Virus record (IMG/VR): IMGVR_UViG_3300017913_000450
Coordinates: 1 to 58,511 of that record
Direction: 5' to 3' (one strand)
DNA from: a virus
Taxonomy: Duplodnaviria > Caudoviricetes
DNA: 58,511 bases
Shown in pieces: positions 28,713-36,666 of the stretch (within the stretch, counting starts at the first letter, position 1; every line of letters begins with the position of its first letter). The translations under genes were made by a program, and so were the position numbers. The notes under the pieces were generated by a model. That model had not been told where the DNA came from. It saw only the letters and a list, made by a program, of their open reading frames with translations, and made no database searches.

Positions 28713-29034
28713 TTTTTCCGAGAGCTTCATTGAGGCGGGACTGACGTTCTGCCTCATTGGTTATAAACTCTCCACCTAGTGCGCTGTAGCCACACTTGTC
28801 GATCCAACTATCCGAATGGTCCAGAGAGTTTAATAATCTGGACGTCTTCATCCAGTCTAGCATAAGCGCAACGTGTTGCGCGGAAAGGTAGCCATGGGTC
28901 GTAAGCGCAGATCGAAGAATAATATTCCACCCTTCCGCTATACGGTCGAAGTTATCGTGTGCGTCTCCATAATCTTGAGCGCGTTGGCCGTTAATATACT
29001 CGCCAGCTTTCTCTAAAAATTCAGTCCTGTTCAT
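28702..29034 (-). CDS. DUF6378-like helical protein (nucleotide-pyrophosphatase-like)
   Basis: INGQRAQDYGD...NF.RIA..W...K.SR...DSWID.CGY pattern. Confidence 0.7.
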   Translation of the reverse strand: MNRTEFLEKAGEYINGQRAQDYGDAHDNFDRIAEGWNIILRSALTTHGYLSAQHVALMLDWMKTSRLLNSLDHSDSWIDKCGYSALGGEFITNEAERQSRLNEALGKTKA

Positions 29035-29323
29035 TGGTTGCCTCATAATCTACAAGCCACTTGAACCGCATCTTGAGTGCATCAATCTCAGCCTCAACCA
29101 GACGCACGTCATGCTTGCGTTGCGAAATGTCACTACGAACACGCTTGCGCTTGTCCTTTGCTTTCACGATCTCGTCGCTCGTCTGAGGGTTTGCTTCTTG
29201 CAGATCAAAAATGCGTTCTGAAATACTCATTACTTCGTCTTCCATGTCATTGACATCTTTCAGAATGGCAGACCTTTTCTGAGACAGCTTTGTGAACTCT
29301 TCCAGTATATCCTTGAATTTCAT
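29021..29323 (-). CDS. Hypothetical coiled-coil protein
   Basis: Likely start MKFKDIL; charged heptads; operonic position. Confidence 0.6.
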   Translation of the reverse strand: MKFKDILEEFTKLSQKRSAILKDVNDMEDEVMSISERIFDLQEANPQTSDEIVKAKDKRKRVRSDISQRKHDVRLVEAEIDALKMRFKWLVDYEATNEQD

Positions 29324-29327
29324 ACGG

Positions 29328-30149
29328 CTATTCCTTCGGCAACGGCTCGTAGACTTCGTAGTCGTCGCACGGTCCACTGGCTTCTTTGTCGTGTTTGTCA
29401 CAGTGCCAAGCGCCACTTGGGTGTGCGGAAGAAAAGCGACACGTTCCGCATCGTACTGGAACGTCCATACCTTCCCAACATACGCCACGTTTGAAGCATC
29501 CCTTGCATCTCCAATCAGTCCCGTCGTCGCTGATCTTTCTTGACTTACCAAGGATTGATCTTTCGATCCGCTCTTTGATGTGAGCAAACTCAAATTCGTC
29601 ATAATTTACTAGCTCCGCATGATAGTCGCAGTTGTTCTTGTTGATGGCTATGAACAAAGTCTGCGTCATATCGGACATGCCCATCATCATCTGCACCTGT
29701 CCGAAATATTGTGGGTGAGATGACTTCACCCCATTCTTTTTAAACTTGTTGAAACTTGCATCGTTCATCGACTTGATTTCCAAGACGCGGACGATGCCAT
29801 CATCCAACTCAACGTGGCCGTCCATATGGCAGACGATGTGACCACCCCACGCTTCGTATGTATGCTGTCTGTTTGTAAGGCCGTCGACTTCCCAGACGCG
29901 GATGTCAGCCTTCCTCTTTAGGTCTTTGACGACTTCGTCTTCAAGGATGTGGCCCAACTGGAATATGCGCTTGAGGCGAGGGTCTGGCTCAACATTTGGA
30001 AATCCGCGCAAGTTGAAAGCGATTGCGGCATCACAGGCGTGTCCGATAATTGACGCGCCAATGTATTCTCTGGCTTTTTCTTCTCGTTTGTCATTGTCGT
30101 AACCTTCGTCGATTGCGAAGACCACTTCTTCTGCTGTTTTAACCTGCAC
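29328..30149 (-). CDS. Cas4-like PD-(D/E)XK exonuclease
   Basis: GAS.IGH.C, HMDG, LEIKS, Q.Q..M motifs and C-terminal CxxC...C cysteines. Confidence 0.85.
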   Translation of the reverse strand: MQVKTAEEVVFAIDEGYDNDKREEKAREYIGASIIGHACDAAIAFNLRGFPNVEPDPRLKRIFQLGHILEDEVVKDLKRKADIRVWEVDGLTNRQHTYEAWGGHIVCHMDGHVELDDGIVRVLEIKSMNDASFNKFKKNGVKSSHPQYFGQVQMMMGMSDMTQTLFIAINKNNCDYHAELVNYDEFEFAHIKERIERSILGKSRKISDDGTDWRCKGCFKRGVCWEGMDVPVRCGTCRFSSAHPSGAWHCDKHDKEASGPCDDYEVYEPLPKE

Positions 30150-30176
30150 TGCTTCGCGCCCTATGTTTATAATTTA

Positions 30177-30201
30177 AGAGAGGGGCAAGCTGCCCCCCTC
30201 T
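30177..30201 (-). terminator. Putative terminator hairpin after the SSB gene
   Basis: AGAG(A)GGGGCA / TGCCCC(C)CTCT imperfect inverted repeat; weak U tract. Confidence 0.45.
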
Positions 30202-30210
30202 GTATGGCAT

Positions 30211-30693
30211 TTAAAACGGGATTTCGTCGTCCAGTTTCTTAGCAGTTCCACCTGACTTGCCTTCTTTGTCGCCACCCCCTGATGGCTTGAACGATTTAAT
30301 CTCAGTCTGCTGACGTTCGTTCCCGTCCGTTCCCTTCCATGGCTTGCCCATGCCGACATACACATCGCACGACAGACCAACCAAAGTTGTTACGTCTGAT
30401 GGATTGTCTGGCGTTGGGTGATCTCCTGCCAGAAGAAAGGATTTCAACTGACGCAAACCAATCTCGACCGTCTGGTCATTGGTATGATGCACGTTGAAAT
30501 TAAAGCGAATGTCACCAGACCCATCAACATCTTTGAAGTCTGCAACCACACGCTTGTGTTGCTCCTTGTCACCAAAACTTTCTACTTTTGCCGACGTACA
30601 TTTTACCGTGTAGTTCCCAACAGCCAGACGCTGTGAGCCTTCACTCTGTTCAACCTTCGATAGGTCTAGTTCTCCAAAACCACTCCAACTCAT
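30211..30693 (-). CDS. Single-stranded DNA-binding protein (DUF669-like)
   Basis: Acidic DDEIPF tail; follows the Sak4-like ATPase. Confidence 0.8.
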   Translation of the reverse strand: MSWSGFGELDLSKVEQSEGSQRLAVGNYTVKCTSAKVESFGDKEQHKRVVADFKDVDGSGDIRFNFNVHHTNDQTVEIGLRQLKSFLLAGDHPTPDNPSDVTTLVGLSCDVYVGMGKPWKGTDGNERQQTEIKSFKPSGGGDKEGKSGGTAKKLDDEIPF

Positions 30694-31496
30694 TTTTCAT
30701 CTCCTGTCTTTTTGTCAGATTGAGCCGATTGATATTTCTCCCACTCGTCGTCTGGCATAGACATTCGAGATAGAAGTTCTGTTACGTCGTCCACCTTTTC
30801 GTATGGCTTCAGACGTTGACGTGGGTCACGGACTTTGCCGTGCCAACCACTGGCCTCATCAGTCACGACGTATCGTGAGACCTTGGGCATCCCTTGATCG
30901 TTCTTTTCGGTTGTGCGAACGCCGCACAAGACGTGATCGAACAGTGCAGGAATTTGCTTCGACACCTTCTGGCCTTTAACGAATGGCCAATACTGGGTCA
31001 CATCATTTGCGTCTTGTTCCTCTGCTGCAAGGCAGGTGACATAGACGTGCATGTCGAGGTCGCGTATCCACTTGAGGGTTCCGATCATCATCCGTGAGTA
31101 GTCGGCCCAAAGTTGGAAGCCATTACTGTTGTGCTTGTGTTCGACTTCCAAGTGTTCAATCAAACGCTCGGCAAGTTCAGTCAAGCTATCAATGGCAATC
31201 CATTTGTACCCTGCTTTCTGGAACTCCTCGGTTGCAATCATTTTACAGATGCCACGATATGAGTACACACCGTCCTCTGGATCGTGATTGCCATCCCAAG
31301 ACGAGAAAGGAACGTAGTCGATGTCGACATCCTCGACTGACTTTAGTCCGCTTTCGCCTGAGATGATTAGACCTTTGCCAAATCTCTTCTGATAGAAGCG
31401 GCATTGGTATGTCTTGCCATATCCGTGATGGGCATAGAGCAAGACTTTAGTGGGGCCATCCTTTGTGATGGATGACGTCTTGGGAAATTTAAACAT
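30690..31496 (-). CDS. AAA_24 / Sak4-like recombination ATPase
   Basis: KVLLYAHHGYGKT Walker A, ESGL, IAIDSLTE Walker B. Confidence 0.85.
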   Translation of the reverse strand: MFKFPKTSSITKDGPTKVLLYAHHGYGKTYQCRFYQKRFGKGLIISGESGLKSVEDVDIDYVPFSSWDGNHDPEDGVYSYRGICKMIATEEFQKAGYKWIAIDSLTELAERLIEHLEVEHKHNSNGFQLWADYSRMMIGTLKWIRDLDMHVYVTCLAAEEQDANDVTQYWPFVKGQKVSKQIPALFDHVLCGVRTTEKNDQGMPKVSRYVVTDEASGWHGKVRDPRQRLKPYEKVDDVTELLSRMSMPDDEWEKYQSAQSDKKTGDEK

Positions 31497-31923
31497 GTGG
31501 TATTACCCTCACTTTTGGTTTGTCTAGCTTTCGAGTGAGAGCAAATTTCAGCTTCTCCTGCTCGCTTGTGGGAAGTTTGAGGAACTTCCGCTTGTCTACG
31601 GTCAACGACCGCTTGACGTGATCGGGCAATTCACCTTGCGAGAATGCTTTCTCCAAGGCTTCCTTATCCCATGTCCACCGTTCAGAACGGTTGACGATAA
31701 CCTCATAGCTGTTTGTTGATATGGCTTTCTCACCCGCTTCTTCTGGGAAGACGTGCGCGATTTCTGTTTCCAACTGTGCTATGAGAATAGTCAGAGCCTC
31801 TAGCTGATTTGACACCTCAAGGTGTTGCTTCGCTAAATCCTCTAATGTTTTACTTCGCTCGGAAGGTTTGGGCGTCTTCTTTCCTATACTATCAAAGACA
31901 TCCCACTCATCGCTTTCAATCAT
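31489..31923 (-). CDS. Gp157/Gam-like recombination-module protein
   Basis: Start MIESDEW with AGGAGG RBS; coiled coil then WDKEAL...KPKVRV; first gene of the Sak4 operon. Confidence 0.55.
   Translation of the reverse strand: MIESDEWDVFDSIGKKTPKPSERSKTLEDLAKQHLEVSNQLEALTILIAQLETEIAHVFPEEAGEKAISTNSYEVIVNRSERWTWDKEALEKAFSQGELPDHVKRSLTVDKRKFLKLPTSEQEKLKFALTRKLDKPKVRVIPHV
31812..31825. promoter_or_regulatory. Operator-like palindrome ACACCT-CA-AGGTGT (intragenic copy)
   Basis: Identical 14-mer to 31972-31985. Confidence 0.55.
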
Positions 31924-31971
31924 TGTATCCTCCTGTGACTTACCAGCTACAATATCGTTTGGTGTCTTGTC

Positions 31972-32009
31972 ACACCTCAAGGTGTAGTATATATAATACA
32001 AGGTGTCAA
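31972..32009. promoter_or_regulatory. Divergent promoter region with operator ACACCT-CA-AGGTGT
   Basis: Palindrome 31972-31985; TATAAT at 31992 (+); TTGACA at 32009-32004 (-); AT-rich gap between divergent genes. Confidence 0.65.
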
Positions 32010-32027
32010 CTAAATGGAGTAGAAAAA

Positions 32028-32255
32028 TTGACTTCGCGATTGAACATATCGGCACTGATCTCTGATCTTGGTGGAGCAGCCAAGGTTGCTGAGATTGCTG
32101 GCGTAGTACGCACAGCCCCGTATGGATGGGTTAAACGTAACTACGTTTCGAGTTCCGTCTTGGAGAAAATAAAATCTGCCAACCCTGACATTAACTTAGA
32201 CTTTTACTTTCACGAGGTGGACGATGACCAAGACAAAAATGGAGGCCGCTCTTGA
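32028..32255 (+). CDS. Cro-like HTH regulator
   Basis: TTG start after GGAG RBS; LISDLGGAAKVAEIAGV..APYGW Cro/YdaS-like pattern; upstream of the primase. Confidence 0.7.
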   Translation: MTSRLNISALISDLGGAAKVAEIAGVVRTAPYGWVKRNYVSSSVLEKIKSANPDINLDFYFHEVDDDQDKNGGRS

Positions 32256-34134
32256 GTATTTGGATCGCGGCTGGGCCGTTATCCCAATCAAGGGTGACAA
32301 AAGACCTGCAATAAAGTGGGCTGATTTTCAAACAAGGCATCCAACTGAGGAAGAGGTCGTAGACTGGTGGACTAAGTGGCCAGACTATGACATCGCGGTG
32401 ATTACAGGTGAGATAAGCGGCATCGTTGTTGTCGATTGTGACAACGAGGAAGCCGTGGACGCTGCCCAAGAAGCGGGTATGCAAAGTCCAATAAGGGTGA
32501 AGACCAAGCGCGGTCTTCACCTTTACTTTGAACATCCCAAGGATGGCATACGTCGTGGCCCACGGGCTGGCGTAAACAGTAGAGGTTCAGACTGGCCAAA
32601 GATAAATGGCTTAGACTTCAGAGGTGACGGCAGCTACGCTCTGCTTCCCCCATCTAACAATTACGAATGGACAATCCCACCCTACATGGACTGGGACGAG
32701 ATGCCCATGTGGCGTGACTGGCAGCCCAAGCTAAAAGAAGAACGTCTTACAGCAGACTTCACTTTCTCCAAGCTCGATCTGTCTTCGATAGACCCCATAC
32801 ATCCAGACGAATTTATTAGTGAGTGGGATCGCACAGCAAAGTATGTGCTTGAGCATTTCCCAACCACCAAGAAGATACCGTCTGGCATGAGCAACGGACG
32901 CAACGAACGAGTGATGCGCTACATCAGCGAAAGCATACTCGAAGGTTTCTATGGACCAGAGTTACGAGTGCGTGGCTTTGCGTTTATGAATGAGTTCTTC
33001 GAAGACAACCTTGATGAGCGTGAGTTCGAAGCCACAGTGCAGTCGATGGAGCAGGCTGAGAAGCGCAACCATCCAGAACGCTTCGACGACAAGGGCAACT
33101 ATATATACAGCCGCGACCTTATGCCCAAGAAGGAAGAGAAGAAGGCAAAGAAGCTGATACAAATGCGGGATGCCGAGCAACTTTTGGAAGAGGCAGACGC
33201 AAAAACCTATTTGATAGAGCCGTGGCTTCCTGCTAATACAATCGTGCAGGTCTTCGGTTACTCAGGACATGGCAAATCACTTTTCGTTCAGCATGCAGTC
33301 AGCGCACTCTGCGCTGGTCGAAAGTATTTTGGCCCCTTTGAAATCGGCAGACCTGCACGAGTGCTATACTTAGACTTCGAAATGGGCATGGCAACTATTG
33401 CCAGACGTCTGATGGAGTTGCGCCAGATGCACGGTGACACCCAAGATAGGCTGAACATCTGGACACCATTCATCGAGGGCAGAGAGATAGACTTGCAGAC
33501 GCGAGAAGGTCTTCTCGATCTTCAGGAATGGATAAAGTTTGCTGGCCCAGACGTCGTCGTCATCGACACCATCCGCTCGGCATACCCAGGGATGGCAGAG
33601 AACTCGGCAGACGAGTGGGCAAAAGTAAACAAGCTGGCAGTAACATTGCGCAACTCTGGTCTTGCCGTCATCCTTATTCACCACAGCAACAAGCCATCTG
33701 AGAGTGGCGTCGGAAGGGAAGCTGGCTCAACAAACCAGTTGACCGTCTTGGAGACGCAGATCAGGGTGGCTCAAGTATTTAAAGACGAAGAGACAGCGAA
33801 GCAAAACGCTGGCTTGTACGATGCGAACTACGACATGCCAGTCTGGCCATTGCTGGAGAGCAAGCTGCCGCCTGAGTATCGGCTCTACATGGTGATGGAG
33901 ATCAGGTATGGTAAGGTGCGTGAGTGGACAGACTTACACGACCGTGTGCAATGGATTGGTTACGCTGCGCACAACACAACAGACGAGAAGATTGTGGTAA
34001 GCAGCAAGTCAACCAAGCAACGTGCGAAAGACATGGCACTGGAAGGTCACTCAGCCATGGCTATTTCTGATAAGTTGCATCGACCTCTACGGTTGGTCCG
34101 TGATTGGCTCGAACTTCGCGATACTTCTGCCTAG
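32224..34134 (+). CDS. Bifunctional primase-polymerase / AAA_25 helicase
   Basis: YLDRGWAVIP..KRP, VVVDCD, GLHLYF Prim-Pol motifs; GYSGHGKS Walker A, VVIDT, LIHH. Confidence 0.9.
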   Translation: MTKTKMEAALEYLDRGWAVIPIKGDKRPAIKWADFQTRHPTEEEVVDWWTKWPDYDIAVITGEISGIVVVDCDNEEAVDAAQEAGMQSPIRVKTKRGLHLYFEHPKDGIRRGPRAGVNSRGSDWPKINGLDFRGDGSYALLPPSNNYEWTIPPYMDWDEMPMWRDWQPKLKEERLTADFTFSKLDLSSIDPIHPDEFISEWDRTAKYVLEHFPTTKKIPSGMSNGRNERVMRYISESILEGFYGPELRVRGFAFMNEFFEDNLDEREFEATVQSMEQAEKRNHPERFDDKGNYIYSRDLMPKKEEKKAKKLIQMRDAEQLLEEADAKTYLIEPWLPANTIVQVFGYSGHGKSLFVQHAVSALCAGRKYFGPFEIGRPARVLYLDFEMGMATIARRLMELRQMHGDTQDRLNIWTPFIEGREIDLQTREGLLDLQEWIKFAGPDVVVIDTIRSAYPGMAENSADEWAKVNKLAVTLRNSGLAVILIHHSNKPSESGVGREAGSTNQLTVLETQIRVAQVFKDEETAKQNAGLYDANYDMPVWPLLESKLPPEYRLYMVMEIRYGKVREWTDLHDRVQWIGYAAHNTTDEKIVVSSKSTKQRAKDMALEGHSAMAISDKLHRPLRLVRDWLELRDTSA

Positions 34135-34318
34135 CTTTTATTTCCTCAAGCGTAAGGTGGCGCACAGACGTCACCTTCGCTTCTGGGAAATGCTCGCGAA
34201 CTCTATCGACTAACTCAGCAATTTCTGGGTACTTGCGACGGTTTTCCTCGACAAGTTTTTGTCTCATAAGTTCTTCGTAACGCAGCTTATCTGCTGCAAT
34301 TTCTTTCTTGGTTGCCAT
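34061..34318 (-). CDS. Hypothetical protein
   Basis: NRRKYPEIAELVD.VREHFPEAKV; sigma70-like promoter upstream. Confidence 0.6.
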   Translation of the reverse strand: MATKKEIAADKLRYEELMRQKLVEENRRKYPEIAELVDRVREHFPEAKVTSVRHLTLEEIKARQKYREVRANHGPTVEVDATYQK

Positions 34319-34330
34319 ATTTTCTCAGAA

Positions 34331-34439
34331 TTAAAATCGTCTAGGCGTGTGACGTTGTCACCTCGACGTTGCTATCGTTTCACGACCGAGGCAGGCACTG
34401 CCGTGCCTGTCTCGGCCTAACGTCTCGCGACGATTTTAA
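34331..34439. other. Multibranch inverted-repeat element (candidate structured RNA or origin)
   Basis: Outer 11-bp stem TTAAAATCGTC/GACGATTTTAA enclosing GACGTT/AACGTC, a 13-bp hairpin (34386-34415) and two small hairpins. Confidence 0.6.
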
Positions 34440-34460
34440 CTTTTTTGACTGGAAAGTCAA
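34433..34460 (-). promoter_or_regulatory. Sigma70-like promoter TTGACT-N16-TAAAAT within palindrome TTGACT-GGAA-AGTCAA
   Basis: Read directly from the reverse complement. Confidence 0.5.
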
Positions 34461-34468
34461 CACCTTTA

Positions 34469-34510
34469 ACACCTGTAGGTGTTGATTTATCGTAACATTG
34501 GTTATACATT
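34469..34510 (+). promoter_or_regulatory. Operator ACACCT-GT-AGGTGT abutting sigma70-like promoter TTGATT-N17-TACATT
   Basis: Palindrome 34469-34482; -35 at 34482, -10 at 34505; upstream of the HTH-Zn gene. Confidence 0.6.
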
Positions 34511-34544
34511 CGACACATAAACAACTGTGCGACAAGGAAATATT

Positions 34545-34838
34545 ATGCCGAAAATGGTTCACGTCTCAGACGCGGACCTGAATTGGCTCAAAGAAAACCA
34601 TTACGATTACTCTTACCCTGACATGGCGCAACGAATTGGATGTTGTGTCGACACCCTGAAGCGTATCCTCGTTCGAGAGGGTCTTCAGGAATTTGACGGA
34701 GCCAAGTATCAGGTCCGCACTATCGACAAATCCAAGCTATGGACACGCCCCTGCATGTCGTGTGGAGAAGAAGAAGAGCGTCCGCGTTTCTGGTACTTCT
34801 GCACCACTTGCCGAAAAGGAATGGGATATACTGAATGA
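34545..34838 (+). CDS. HTH + zinc-ribbon transcription regulator (GcrA-N-like; candidate late activator)
   Basis: DLNWLKE..SYPDMAQRIGCCVDTLKRILVREGL HTH; CMSC...CTTC; AAGGA RBS. Confidence 0.55.
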   Translation: MPKMVHVSDADLNWLKENHYDYSYPDMAQRIGCCVDTLKRILVREGLQEFDGAKYQVRTIDKSKLWTRPCMSCGEEEERPRFWYFCTTCRKGMGYTE

Positions 34839-35215
34839 CAAAAGCGCATAAGCGTAAGGGTGACGCATATGAGAGGGAACTAGCTGCATACATCAACGAC
34901 GCCACTGGGCTGAATTGCTCACGCGCACCTTTATCTGGTGGTGGTAAAGTCGGTATGCACGGGACAGCAGACCTCATCGGCACACCAGCACTGTTCGTCG
35001 AGGCCAAGAGAGTAGAGCGTCTGAACTTTCACGATGCTCTCAAGCAAGCAGAAACCAACATCAGCAAGACGAACAGCATGTGTATGCCACTCGTCGTCAA
35101 CAGACGTTCAAGAATGAAGACGGGTGAAAGTCTCTGCCTCCTCAGACTTGACGATCTGCTGAAGCTGTATCGCTGTTACCTCGTGTTGAACGGGTACACG
35201 AAGGACGACCAGTAG
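34835..35215 (+). CDS. Holliday junction resolvase (Hjc-like PD-(D/E)XK)
   Basis: KRKG..YERE.A, R.PLSG, ADL, VEAKR.E motifs. Confidence 0.8.
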   Translation: MTKAHKRKGDAYERELAAYINDATGLNCSRAPLSGGGKVGMHGTADLIGTPALFVEAKRVERLNFHDALKQAETNISKTNSMCMPLVVNRRSRMKTGESLCLLRLDDLLKLYRCYLVLNGYTKDDQ

Positions 35216-35233
35216 CGTCTGACCTGCCATAAT
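35203..35233 (+). promoter_or_regulatory. Putative late promoter GGACGA-N19-CATAAT
   Basis: Motif copy 24 bp upstream of the basic peptide island. Confidence 0.75.
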
Positions 35234-35257
35234 CCTCAAGAAACTAGCGAGGTTATT

Positions 35258-35530
35258 ATGGCAGCGAAGAAGAAAAGATGTAACGTCTCCCTTTCTGTCA
35301 AGAAGGGTGAGAAGAAGCCTGCATCGCAGGGCGCGGGGCTGACTGCAAAGGGCAGAGCCAAGTATAACAAAGCCTGTGGCTCCAAACTAAAAGCTCCCCA
35401 ACCATCTGGCGGTTCTCGCAAGAAGTCTTACTGTTCTCGCTCCGCTGGCCAGATGAAGATGCACAACATCAGTTGTTCCAAGACACCGAAGAAACGCATC
35501 TGCGCAGCACGCAGACGTTGGAAGTGCTGA
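35258..35530 (+). CDS. Small basic protein (DUF6321-like)
   Basis: GLTAKGRAKYN..GSKLKAP...RKKSYC.RS...RRWKC. Confidence 0.75.
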   Translation: MAAKKKRCNVSLSVKKGEKKPASQGAGLTAKGRAKYNKACGSKLKAPQPSGGSRKKSYCSRSAGQMKMHNISCSKTPKKRICAARRRWKC

Positions 35531-36099
35531 TGACAGACCCCAAAGACATAGCAGACGAAATTTTCAAGTGGTCAAACGAGATTGTCGAGACACCTCTCGA
35601 AGCCTTCGGTGGCCTCCCCGCCTGCCCGTTTGCACGGGCGGCGTGGGCGCAAAACAACGTCATGCTTCACGTCATCTATGACATCGACGTTGTCCTCGAC
35701 ATAAAAAATTCTATCGACCCATTCTCTCCGATGATCCACGTCTGCGCATGGCTAGACTACGACGAGCTAACAGCAGACGAGTTTCAGAAGTGCATCGACC
35801 ACCAAAACGAAAACCACTTTGGCGTCTGGATCATGGGCTTTCACCCAGACAGTGAAGAAAACACCATGACCCCTGAGTTCGATGGCCTCGTAGAGGACGA
35901 CTACGCACTCATTCTTGTGCAATCATTGGAACATCTGGTGGAGGCGTCTGACAAACTTCGTCGCACAAGTTATTACGACGCGTTCTCACCAGAAGACATG
36001 TCATACATTAACCACCGACAGGAGATTTATTATGCGTGGAATGAAAAAATCGGTTCGCAAAAAGCCTTCTTCTACCAAGAAGAAGAAACGGTAAATTAG
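35530..36099 (+). CDS. DUF1415-like acidic protein
   Basis: GLPACPFAR and MGFHPD motifs; TGATG coupling to the previous gene. Confidence 0.6.
   Translation: MTDPKDIADEIFKWSNEIVETPLEAFGGLPACPFARAAWAQNNVMLHVIYDIDVVLDIKNSIDPFSPMIHVCAWLDYDELTADEFQKCIDHQNENHFGVWIMGFHPDSEENTMTPEFDGLVEDDYALILVQSLEHLVEASDKLRRTSYYDAFSPEDMSYINHRQEIYYAWNEKIGSQKAFFYQEEETVN
36032..36094 (+). CDS. 20-aa basic micropeptide (MRGMKKSVRKKPSSTKKKKR), nested out of frame
   Basis: AGGAG RBS at 36020-36024; 11 of 20 residues K/R. Confidence 0.55.
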   Translation: MRGMKKSVRKKPSSTKKKKR

Positions 36100-36108
36100 G
36101 AGAAAACT

Positions 36109-36288
36109 ATGGCCCGTGTTCGTAAAGACAGAGGCGTCGTGTTCGGAACAAGCGCGATGTCTAGCCGCAATCAACCAGTGATGGGCGGCAACCAACTACA
36201 AAACGCTTCGAACGTATCATCACAGTTCGGCTCATCCCTTTCCCGCAGCCCAGTCTACTTGGGTCGCCAAAGGTCAATGCGCAGATGA
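36109..36288 (+). CDS. 59-aa basic peptide (MARVRKDRG...RQRSMRR)
   Basis: AGGAG RBS; ATGA overlap with the next ORF. Confidence 0.7.
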   Translation: MARVRKDRGVVFGTSAMSSRNQPVMGGNQLQNASNVSSQFGSSLSRSPVYLGRQRSMRR

Positions 36289-36395
36289 AGTCACGTCAAG
36301 TTAAAACAGTCGGTCGCAAGACCAAGTCAGCCAACATGCAGCACGACACCTGTCCCTGCGTCTTGGCCAACAACAAAAGGAGTAAGTCCAAATGA
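36285..36395 (+). CDS. 36-aa basic peptide (MKSRQVKTVGRKTKSANMQHDTCPCVLANNKRSKSK)
   Basis: ATGA overlaps at both ends. Confidence 0.65.
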   Translation: MKSRQVKTVGRKTKSANMQHDTCPCVLANNKRSKSK

Positions 36396-36541
36396 TGGGT
36401 CGTAAAAAACCAATGCGTCGTGGCGCAGGTCCGAAGATCAGTCCACGTCAAGCGCAAATGATGATGGCTAGGATGAACCCTGCCCAGCGCAAGAAGGCAA
36501 TGATGATGGCGCAGCAAGTCTTGGCAAGAGGCCGCCGCTGA
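36392..36541 (+). CDS. 49-aa Met/Arg-rich peptide (MMGRKKPMRRG...LARGRR)
   Basis: AAGGAG RBS; coupled at both ends. Confidence 0.7.
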   Translation: MMGRKKPMRRGAGPKISPRQAQMMMARMNPAQRKKAMMMAQQVLARGRR

Positions 36542-36666
36542 TGTCTCTCGTGCGCAACATTAACAGGCGAAAGAAAGCAGGCACCAGTCGTCCTAAGTCT
36601 CGCTCAACCGTGTCTGCGAAGGCATACGCAGACATGAAAAACAACTGGGGTAAGAAGAAAAAATAA
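36541..36666 (+). CDS. 41-aa basic peptide (MSLVRNINRRKKAGTSRPKSRSTVSAKAYADMKNNWGKKKK)
   Basis: GAGG RBS; TGATG start, TAATG junction to the next gene. Confidence 0.7.
   Translation: MSLVRNINRRKKAGTSRPKSRSTVSAKAYADMKNNWGKKKK

Noticed and set aside
29328-30149. CRISPR-Cas system suggested by the Cas4-like gene
   Set aside because: No repeat-spacer array or other cas genes; context is an ordinary phage recombination module.
31809-32055. Long N-terminal extensions of the overlapping divergent ORFs 31489-32055 and 31809-32255
   Set aside because: They cross the AT-rich promoter/operator region; RBS-supported starts are 31923 (-) and 32028 (+).
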